From a virus (Duplodnaviria > Caudoviricetes): a stretch of 52,212 nucleotides of DNA. The stretch spans positions 1 to 52,212 of the IMG/VR virus record IMGVR_UViG_3300049830_000248. One strand, given 5' to 3'. Below, in pieces: positions 46,076-52,212 of the stretch (the stretch's first letter is position 1; each line of letters begins with the position of its first letter). Below the pieces are notes generated by a model that was given only the letters and a program-made list of their open reading frames with translations, ran no database searches and was not told where the DNA came from. The position numbers and the translations under genes are program-made.

Positions 46076-46401
46076 GCGAAGAATCACACATCAAGTCCGG
46101 CGCGCTGACGAAGCTCGGCGAACTACTGGCCGACGCCGTAGGTCACTGGCTGGCGAAGGTTCTCGGCATCTTGCTCGTGCCGGTGGCTACTGGCTGGTTC
46201 GCCAGCCATCATGCCGTCGAGGCCGCGAAGGTGGACGCCGCCGTGACCGCGACCAACGCCGTGCAGAACGTCTGGCCTGCACTCGTGGGCGAGCATATCA
46301 TGGCGGAACACGAAACCATTTGGCGTCACCATGACGAGTTCGTGGCGTTTACGAACTCGGTCAGCGAAAGACTGAAAACAATCGAAACAAAAATACCATG
46401 A
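46072..46401 (+). CDS. Membrane protein, holin candidate
   Basis: GTGA overlap start; WLAKVLGILLVPVATGWF segment. Confidence 0.5.
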   Translation: MSEESHIKSGALTKLGELLADAVGHWLAKVLGILLVPVATGWFASHHAVEAAKVDAAVTATNAVQNVWPALVGEHIMAEHETIWRHHDEFVAFTNSVSERLKTIETKIP

Positions 46402-46802
46402 AAGCATTAAACCAGTATGAAAAGAGAAATCGCATTTTTAGCAGCCGTGCGGCTACCATTTTATTTCTTCTCGTGGCCATCATCGTCGCGCTTCCGCTTA
46501 CCTGCCCAGCGCAGGAAGCCAACTCCATTGCCGCCGCAGGCGCAACCCACATCCCGCCAAACGTGAAGGCCGACCTTGTGAAGCTATTCAGCGACATCCT
46601 CGACTCGGTGAGTTTTACCGGCCTTGGCAGCGCGGGCTTCCTCGCATGGGTGTCCGCTCGCTTCCTGCGAAAAGGCATCCCCGACAATTTACAGAACGGG
46701 ATTCTCGGCGCGGTCTTGAAACACGCTGCGCTTGAAATCAATCCGCAGACCAAACCACAAACACCGGACGCTCCGGCACAGACAACCAAAACAACCACAT
46801 GA
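46398..46802 (+). CDS. Membrane protein (two hydrophobic segments)
   Basis: ILFLLVAIIVALPL and GLGSAGFLAWV. Confidence 0.6.
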   Translation: MKALNQYEKRNRIFSSRAATILFLLVAIIVALPLTCPAQEANSIAAAGATHIPPNVKADLVKLFSDILDSVSFTGLGSAGFLAWVSARFLRKGIPDNLQNGILGAVLKHAALEINPQTKPQTPDAPAQTTKTTT

Positions 46803-47359
46803 AAAAAACCATCGCAATCCTCACCCTCGCCATGCTCGCCGTCGCAGGCTTCGCGCAATCCAATCCAAGCGCGTCGTTCACCGGCGCAGTTCAACAGTTC
46901 AGCGAAGCCGTTACCAGCGCGACCAACTGGACGGCCATCGCCGGCTATGGCCGCTCGACGGCTGGAAACAAGAATGTCGCGTTTGCAGACGTGGCCTACA
47001 ACTTCAACCAGAACGTCGGCATCGTCATCGGTTACGACTATCTCTGGGCGAAGGGTCAATCGCAGGCCAACGTCGTCAAAGGCGGCGTCACTCTGTCCGC
47101 AACCGTCCATCCGTTCGCGTTCCTCGGCTCAACATTCGCCACGAACATCGTCGCCACACCGTTCGTCGCCGACCTGCTGGCCACGCCGAAAAACAATTCT
47201 GGCATCGGCAACATCATCACCACCGGCATCAACTTCGATGTCTATTCTTTCAAGAACTTTGAACTCGGCGCAGGCGTCCAAATGGAACGCCGCTACGGTC
47301 AAGGCTATTGGAACGGGAATTACTGGCTCGGACATATCGGTGTCACCCGTAAGTTCTGA
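46799..47359 (+). CDS. Secreted outer-membrane beta-barrel-like protein
   Basis: Signal peptide MKKTIAILTLAMLAVAGFA, alternating amphipathic strands, C-terminal YWLGHIGVTRKF. Confidence 0.65.
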   Translation: MKKTIAILTLAMLAVAGFAQSNPSASFTGAVQQFSEAVTSATNWTAIAGYGRSTAGNKNVAFADVAYNFNQNVGIVIGYDYLWAKGQSQANVVKGGVTLSATVHPFAFLGSTFATNIVATPFVADLLATPKNNSGIGNIITTGINFDVYSFKNFELGAGVQMERRYGQGYWNGNYWLGHIGVTRKF

Positions 47360-47412
47360 ACCAAAAATGCCCGTCACCGCGAAATAGAGAGCGCGGCGAC
47401 GGGCAATCTCTA

Positions 47413-47823
47413 ATGAATCCTCCGTTACAATACGAGCGCGGCTACAAGTATCAGGTTTACGCCGACTACGGCATCCAGACCGCCATTAAGGGTTACGACG
47501 TTCACGAGGATTTCTTCTCACTCGACAAGAGCGGCTGGATAATCGTCAAGCGCGGTTACGCATGGGACGGCGCGAGCGGGCCGACGATTGACACAAAGAG
47601 CAGCATGGTCAGTTCGCTGGTGCATGACGTGTTCTACCAGTTGCTCCGCGAAGGACACCTGCCGCACGACCCTTGTTTCCATATCGCCAACGAAGAGTTG
47701 CGCCGACTGTGCGAGAATGACGGAATGTGGCGATGGCGGGCGACGATGTGGTTCGACTTCGTTGAACAGTTCGGCACGGCGTTCGCCGCCGTCCAGCCGG
47801 ACAAGGTATTCACCGCGCCCTGA
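47413..47823 (+). CDS. DUF1353-like protein
   Basis: GYAWDGASGP...SLVHDVFYQL...AN. Confidence 0.75.
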   Translation: MNPPLQYERGYKYQVYADYGIQTAIKGYDVHEDFFSLDKSGWIIVKRGYAWDGASGPTIDTKSSMVSSLVHDVFYQLLREGHLPHDPCFHIANEELRRLCENDGMWRWRATMWFDFVEQFGTAFAAVQPDKVFTAP

Positions 47824-47857
47824 AAGCGGAGTGAATCACTCTCGCTAGAGCACTTTT

Positions 47858-48010
47858 TTACATCCAAACGCACGATAACTGGTATCGCGGTGACATCGAG
47901 GAATCGTTTGACAACGGCCTGACGTGGCACCGGATTGCATCCACATCTTTTTCGGTTGCCGATGCCGCGAAGTAGTCGCGGAGAGACATTCCCGGCGCTG
48001 TTGTCGTCAT
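47858..48010 (-). CDS. Small phage protein with GMSLRDYFAA motif
   Basis: Common phage motif; coupled to the VRR-NUC gene. Confidence 0.55.
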   Translation of the reverse strand: MTTTAPGMSLRDYFAASATEKDVDAIRCHVRPLSNDSSMSPRYQLSCVWM

Positions 48011-48354
48011 TTGATTACCTCGAAAAAGTCTTTCATTGATCTTACAACTTCGTAACGGTAGCCAGACAATTCTGCGGCCAACTTGAAACCGGCCTGCTCC
48101 GGCGTCAGTTTGCCGAGCCGTGTTTTGCACTCGATAAATAGAGCCTTCGCGTTTGGCGGATAGATTTGGAAATCGGGAACGCCCTTCGCCGTCGTCGCAG
48201 CCTTGTCCATCCTGGAATGGATGTAAAGCCAGCGACGGCGTTTCAATTCAGCTTCGATGTCGTCGTGCAGCGGGCGTTCGCGTTCGACCGGCGATTCGGA
48301 GGGGGCGGCTCTGCGGCTTCGCATCATTTCGTATTCGGCGGTTGTGATTGGCAT
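48007..48354 (-). CDS. VRR-NUC domain nuclease
   Basis: GVPDF...LFIECKTRLGKLTPEQ..F. Confidence 0.85.
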   Translation of the reverse strand: MPITTAEYEMMRSRRAAPSESPVERERPLHDDIEAELKRRRWLYIHSRMDKAATTAKGVPDFQIYPPNAKALFIECKTRLGKLTPEQAGFKLAAELSGYRYEVVRSMKDFFEVIK

Positions 48355-48360
48355 GACGGC

Positions 48361-48438
48361 ATCCTAGCCTTTGGCTTTTCTGGGCGCAAGAAAAAAAACA
48401 ACTTTTTTGTTGACGCACCGCTTTGGCTCTGGCATAGT
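48361..48438. promoter_or_regulatory. Divergent sigma70-like promoters
   Basis: Rightward TTGACG-17-CATAGT (48410-48438); leftward TTGCGC-17-TAGGAT (48389-48361). Confidence 0.6.
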
Positions 48439-48444
48439 CGCGTT

Positions 48445-48621
48445 GTGAAGAATAATCCACTAAAAGAAAAGATCAGGTTGCTGCGCGTGAAGGGTGTTCC
48501 GGTGATTGTAAAGACCCACCTTGACCGGCTCAACTGCCACAACTACGCGCGCCAGTTCAACGTCGAAATCAAAACCATCCGGCGACTGTCGGGCGGCATT
48601 GAAATCCACCGTGTTAAATGA
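48445..48621 (+). CDS. Small basic protein (58 aa), first gene of the early operon
   Basis: GTG 6 nt after the -10 box; overlaps the next start. Confidence 0.5.
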   Translation: MKNNPLKEKIRLLRVKGVPVIVKTHLDRLNCHNYARQFNVEIKTIRRLSGGIEIHRVK

Positions 48622-48878
48622 GCGACCATCTTCAACAATCGTTCGACCGAGCGCAAAGGCAATACGACGCGCAGATGCCAGACGAGCCGCGCATGAAGGA
48701 GTGTCCGAACTGCGAAGGCGCGGGAACGGTGGAGATTGAGGCGCATGACGGTGTGCGCGAAATGCCGTGCCGAGTTTGCGACGGAGACGGTGAAGTCGAG
48801 CAGACCGCAGACGACGCCATTGACCGCGAGGCTGACGCCGCAGATCACCTAAACCAAATCGAAAAGGACGGACAATGA
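48618..48878 (+). CDS. DnaJ-type zinc-finger small protein
   Basis: CPNCEGAG and CRVCDGDG. Confidence 0.7.
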   Translation: MSDHLQQSFDRAQRQYDAQMPDEPRMKECPNCEGAGTVEIEAHDGVREMPCRVCDGDGEVEQTADDAIDREADAADHLNQIEKDGQ

Positions 48879-49027
48879 AAACTGATTTCCCATTCCACCA
48901 CTCATACATCGAAAACGAAATGGCCGTGCGCCGCGCCGTCGCCAAGAAAAAACTCGCCATCATCGGGCTGTGTGTGGCGTCCACCGGCATTGGATTCGTC
49001 TTGGGAGTCGTTTTTGCTTGGGTATAA
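48875..49027 (+). CDS. Small membrane protein (50 aa)
   Basis: ATGA overlap; LAIIGLCVASTGIGFVLGVVFAWV tail. Confidence 0.55.
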   Translation: MKTDFPFHHSYIENEMAVRRAVAKKKLAIIGLCVASTGIGFVLGVVFAWV

Positions 49028-49085
49028 CGCTCCTCGAAAAACCTATGAATACCGCACGTTCTGAAACCTCACAAGAAACCAGTCA

Positions 49086-49958
49086 ATGCGTATGAACAAA
49101 CCAGCCGAACAACCATCCCTCGAAATCGCCCACCTTGAAACCGGCGCGCTGGAAAAACAATCCGCGCAAACCGAAACTGAACGGATGTTCGCCATGATTG
49201 AGCGCATGGCAACCGACCCGCAGGTTGACCCGGCAAAACTCCGAGAGATTCTGTCCGTCAAACAGGCATGGGAAGCCGACGAGTCCCGAAAGGCTTTTGC
49301 CTCGGCGATGGCAAAGTTTCAATCGCTCTGCCCAATCATTGAAAAGCTGGATACGGCGAACGGGCGCGGTTACGCGCGTCTTGATCGGATTCACCGCGAG
49401 ACTCGTCCGCTTTTGCGCGATTGCGGGCTTTGGTTTTCTTGGACGGTTTGCGAGGAACGCGATGGCGGCTTGATTCACCTTGAAGGCATCTTGGGTCATT
49501 CCAGCGGGCATCAAGTCCCATGCCGCCAGTTGATTTCACTCCCCGACAAGATTTCCGGCACGAACGCCGCGCAACGTGCCGGAAGCGGACAGACATACGC
49601 GAAGCGTTACGGGGAGCTTGCAGCATTGAATGTCGTCACAGGCGATGACAACGACGGCAATTCGCGCAAGGAGCGTCCGGTAGGGCCGGCAGCGCGTCCG
49701 GCGGCTAACCCGTCCGCGCCCTCTGCGCCACAAAAAGAAACTTTTGAAGAATTGAAGAAAAAGCTGTCGAAAGAGCTTTGGGACTTACTCAAGCCGACCG
49801 TCAGCCAAGTCGCCGGCTGGAATCCAAAAACGTGGGACGGCCACAATCAGTGGCTATTCCGCGAGGACATCTTGGACGGCGGAATTCCAGAAGTCATGCC
49901 CGATCTGAAACCGGAGCGGATTGCGGCGGTTATCGGGCTGGTGAAGGAGCGGATTTAA
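49086..49958 (+). CDS. ERF-family single-strand annealing protein
   Basis: AMAKFQ, YARLD, HSSG, QRAGSGQTYAKRY...LNV..GDDNDGN. Confidence 0.85.
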   Translation: MRMNKPAEQPSLEIAHLETGALEKQSAQTETERMFAMIERMATDPQVDPAKLREILSVKQAWEADESRKAFASAMAKFQSLCPIIEKLDTANGRGYARLDRIHRETRPLLRDCGLWFSWTVCEERDGGLIHLEGILGHSSGHQVPCRQLISLPDKISGTNAAQRAGSGQTYAKRYGELAALNVVTGDDNDGNSRKERPVGPAARPAANPSAPSAPQKETFEELKKKLSKELWDLLKPTVSQVAGWNPKTWDGHNQWLFREDILDGGIPEVMPDLKPERIAAVIGLVKERI

Positions 49959-50036
49959 CGACCCAAGCTGACGACGTGAATTGAAACCTGCGGCTCAATC
50001 GGCCCACTCCGATTGTATTGTTAGCGAGCAACGACT

Positions 50037-50372
50037 ATGAAAAAGACCATAAAAAAAGAAGTTCGGTTCTGCGACAAATGCGGAAAGGAATACTCATATC
50101 CAGACGCCTGCATGAAGTGCGGGACGGAAATGTGCTACGAGTGCAAACAGAAACACGGGAAGTCCTACAACCACGCCATCTACCTTCAAGGCAGTGGAGA
50201 CGGCTTCTACTGCAATCCGTGCGATGCGAAACTGACCGCCGCCGGAACTGACAAACGCCACAACGCCTACCGCGCCATCAAATCCCTGAAAGATGAACTG
50301 GAAGCGTGGCACACCGACTTCAAAAAACGCCAAGAGGCAGCCGAGAACGCGGTGAAGGCTCTTGCTCGCTAA
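50037..50372 (+). CDS. Zn-binding hypothetical cassette protein (111 aa)
   Basis: Four CxxC pairs; ends GTTAGCGAGCAA(50020)/TTGCTCGCTAAC(50373). Confidence 0.75.
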   Translation: MKKTIKKEVRFCDKCGKEYSYPDACMKCGTEMCYECKQKHGKSYNHAIYLQGSGDGFYCNPCDAKLTAAGTDKRHNAYRAIKSLKDELEAWHTDFKKRQEAAENAVKALAR

Positions 50373-50470
50373 CGCAGACTTGAGTGGCGCGAAATAAAAT
50401 CTATGACAACCCCTGACGTTTCCGAAAAACTGAATGCGCTAATCGCGTCCACTCCAAGGACGGGTTCGGC
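50367..50470 (-). other. attC site B1
   Basis: CGCTAAC ... CTTGAGTGGCGCGA / TCGCGTCCACTCCAAG ... GTTCGGC; bulged T and C. Confidence 0.85.
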
Positions 50471-50645
50471 ATCACCAGAGCGCCTCCAACATCTGGGCAC
50501 AGTCCTGCGAATCAGGCTCAATCGCATCGCTGAAACCAGCGACACAAATAAAATCTGGCTCGAAGCCCGCGAATCTCTTGAAGTCTTGCGCCAACTCGAA
50601 GCTGTGATGCCGAACGCTCCGCATGAGCGAACCCCGGACAAGTGA
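50403..50645 (+). CDS. Hypothetical cassette protein (80 aa)
   Basis: Starts in the B1 loop; ends GTTCGGCATCAC/GTGATGCCGAAC, 12 bp perfect. Confidence 0.65.
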   Translation: MTTPDVSEKLNALIASTPRTGSASPERLQHLGTVLRIRLNRIAETSDTNKIWLEARESLEVLRQLEAVMPNAPHERTPDK

Positions 50646-50650
50646 CGTAT
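50609..50650 (-). other. Truncated attC B2 (left arm only)
   Basis: GCCGAAC plus an arm-like GCATGAGCGAACCCCGG with no complementary arm or GTTGGGC downstream. Confidence 0.55.
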
Positions 50651-50673
50651 GAAAACCAAAAACTCTCTCGCAA

Positions 50674-50898
50674 ATGCCACCTACACCGATGAACGAACCT
50701 ATCTGCATAAAATGCAAAACACCAATGTCGCCAGTCCCGAAGCAAACGGGCATCTTGGCAAACGCGACATTCACAGTCACGGGCTTCCGGTGCGAAAACT
50801 GCGGTCACTGGAATAATCTCAAACGCAGAAAACAGAAGCAGCCCAACACCAAGCTCACAGATGCCGGGACTGTGAGCGTGAAATTGGATGAGACGTAA
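50674..50898 (+). CDS. Zinc-ribbon cassette protein
   Basis: CIKC...FRCENCG; stop lies in the B3 loop. Confidence 0.65.
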   Translation: MPPTPMNEPICIKCKTPMSPVPKQTGILANATFTVTGFRCENCGHWNNLKRRKQKQPNTKLTDAGTVSVKLDET

Positions 50899-50929
50899 TC
50901 CCGGCATTCTGTGCAGCTTTTCGTTAGCG
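50841..50929 (-). other. attC site B3
   Basis: GCCCAAC ... GCTCACAGATGCCGGGA / TCCCGGCATTCTGTGCAGC ... GTTAGCG. Confidence 0.85.
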
Positions 50930-50959
50930 TGTCGCGCCAAAGAATCTCGAAAAAAAATG

Positions 50960-50993
50960 TTGCGTAGCATGGTAGAAAGATGTAGCATGGTAG
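50960..50993 (+). promoter_or_regulatory. Cassette-internal promoter overlapped by 12-bp direct repeats
   Basis: TTGCGT-17-TAGCAT with TG extension; GTAGCATGGTAG at 50964 and 50982. Confidence 0.55.
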
Positions 50994-50997
50994 GACT

Positions 50998-51285
50998 ATG
51001 ACAAAATTCTGTTACAAGAAACTATCGGAAAACGAACTGCACGAAATGGCGTTACTGCTATCTCGTGCGATTCACAACGAACAGGTCGGCATCGAAACTG
51101 AAAGCCCGGACGGTAAAAATCCCGGCTTCATCACGAAACAGCTATTCGGTGTGTGTGACGGCATGGAAGATACTACCATCCTCATCCAGCCCGAAGGCTT
51201 GAAGTGGCTGTGGGTGCGATATATGGGTGCGAAAGGCGGAAAAGCCAAGGCCGCGAAAACAAAGAAGCGTGACCGCGCACGCTAA
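50998..51285 (+). CDS. Hypothetical cassette protein with basic KGG-like tail (95 aa)
   Basis: MGAKGGKAKAAKTKKR; its stop is the TAA of the TAAC box. Confidence 0.7.
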   Translation: MTKFCYKKLSENELHEMALLLSRAIHNEQVGIETESPDGKNPGFITKQLFGVCDGMEDTTILIQPEGLKWLWVRYMGAKGGKAKAAKTKKRDRAR

Positions 51286-51380
51286 CGACAAGCTCACGCC
51301 ATGACTACCGCGCCAACAGCGTCCGCCTCGCCGAAAACCGTCAACGCGGTAGTCATTGAGCGTGCAGCGACTGGTTCGCC
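51280..51380 (-). other. attC site B4
   Basis: CGCTAAC ... GCTCACGCCATGACTACCGCG / CGCGGTAGTCATTGAGCGTGCAGC ... GTTCGCC. Confidence 0.85.
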
Positions 51381-51711
51381 ATTTCGGGTGCGACTCTCTC
51401 GCAAGCGCGGATGGAGGATGCCGGAAAATACTGTGGTCGTGTCGAAGCCGAGCGTGTGGGGAAATCCATTCTGGAAAGGTTTCGGCTGCCGGATGAGCGC
51501 GGCCTGGAGCTATCGCGTCCACCTGCAAGTGGCGCTCGTGCAAATACGCCTCGGCCTGCCATGCGATGAACCACACTTCGAGCGCATCGCAAAACGGCTG
51601 CCCGAACTGCGCGGGAAGAATCTCGCCTGCTGGTGTCCACTCGATATGCCGGACTGCTACTGCCACGCGGGCGTGCTGCTAGAAATGGCGAACGAAAAGC
51701 TGACCGCATGA
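51301..51711 (+). CDS. DUF4326-family protein (cassette)
   Basis: SRKRGWRMPENTVVVSKPSVWGNPF ... LRGKNLACWC...CHAGVLLEMAN. Confidence 0.85.
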   Translation: MTTAPTASASPKTVNAVVIERAATGSPFRVRLSRKRGWRMPENTVVVSKPSVWGNPFWKGFGCRMSAAWSYRVHLQVALVQIRLGLPCDEPHFERIAKRLPELRGKNLACWCPLDMPDCYCHAGVLLEMANEKLTA

Positions 51712-51786
51712 CTACCGCGCCAACAACGCCTCGCCTCGCCGAAAACCGTGAACGCGGTAGTCATTGCGTGCAGTGCTGGGTTATGC
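51687..51786 (-). other. attC site B5
   Basis: GGCGAAC ... CGCATGACTACCGCG / CGCGGTAGTCATTGCG ... GTTATGC; near copy of B4. Confidence 0.8.
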
Positions 51787-51806
51787 CACGTTAACGAAAA
51801 ATCAAT

Positions 51807-52088
51807 ATGAAAACCGGAGAAAAAGTAGTCTGCGTAAAAGGCTGGTCAATGCCGTAAGCCAACGATGCAAGTCACAAGCCAATCGTCGGAAATGTGTATG
51901 TGGTAGCCGGTGTCCATGAGTGCTACGAGACGATGGGAGGTCTGCATCTGCTCGGAATAGAAGTGCCGCACCACTGCTGCCGATGCGGTGGCGCTGCGGC
52001 GTGGAGATCCTACCACTTCCGAAAGCTGGATGAAATGAAACTCGAAGCAAAACAAAACCAACAACAGCCACAGACGCAAGTGGCATAA
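51807..52088 (+). pseudogene. Cassette gene with in-frame TAA at 51855-51857
   Basis: MKTGEKVVCVKGWSMP*ANDASHKPIVGNVYVV... continues in frame to 52088; ends GTTATGCCAC/GTGGCATAAC. Confidence 0.65.
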
Positions 52089-52203
52089 CGTGAAGTCCTG
52101 CGGTGGCGGGGAATAAATCTATGAGCGCAAAATCACCAGTTGAAATTGAGGCGAGCGGCGAGCGTAAAAAAATCACGCCATCCGCAGCGACGCTTGGTTC
52201 GGC
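52083..52203 (-). other. attC site B6 (second copy of A5 with a different neighbour)
   Basis: Identical to A5 from TAAC onward; the left flank is GTGGCA instead of GCCTGC. Confidence 0.85.
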
Positions 52204-52212
52204 AGCTCCCAC
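52086..52212 (+). repeat. 127-bp exact repeat, terminal copy
   Basis: Identical to 2574-2700. Confidence 0.95.

Larger units (their letters stand above)
50020..52212. mobile_element. Integron cassette array, distal part (six cassettes plus the start of the A5 cassette)
   Basis: attC hairpins at 50367, 50609 (half), 50841, 51280, 51687, 52083; matching cassette ends of 9-12 bp. Confidence 0.88.

Noticed and set aside
47368-47405. Additional attC
   Set aside because: Simple GC hairpin without correctly spaced AAC/GTT boxes; more likely a terminator or stability element.
49954-50026. Complete attC at the distal array boundary
   Set aside because: ATTTAAC and GTTAGCG boxes are present but the arms do not pair; only a short CAATCGG/CCGATTG hairpin remains, so it is at most a degenerate site.
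51855-51857. Stop-codon reassignment
   Set aside because: TAA terminates many genes normally and long genes are intact in the standard code.
52086-52212. Terminal repeat as simple evidence of a complete circular genome
   Set aside because: The matching copy is internal (2574-2700), not at position 1, so the contig is lasso-shaped and the left end is unresolved.

Overview
The window is a near-complete ~50-52 kb tailed dsDNA phage genome with podovirus-like features: portal, intein-split TerL, major capsid protein, short-tail and ejection proteins, a DnaB replication module, an ERF/RecE-like recombination pair and a sugar-modification cluster. The main result is a phage-borne integron. An intact IntI-type integrase (3183-4151) sits next to a short attI-like junction and an array of about 13 gene cassettes (50020-52212 and 1-3156), each delimited by attC hairpins with matching 9-12 bp ends. 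Unlike classical integrons, every cassette ORF points toward attI/intI, apparently co-transcribed from a phage early promoter. The attC arms are themselves translated and supply start codons, stop codons and bridging peptides. The last 127 bp of the window repeat 2574-2700 starting at the predicted crossover, which implies two cassette orders in the population. One further cassette sits at a secondary site (5755-6158). Also notable: a DUF559/Vsr-like endonuclease encoded in the +1 frame inside the TerL intein, four tandem DnaA-box matches, and several signal-peptide-bearing Asn/Thr-rich virion-region proteins. All protein calls come from motif recognition by eye; no database searches were run.
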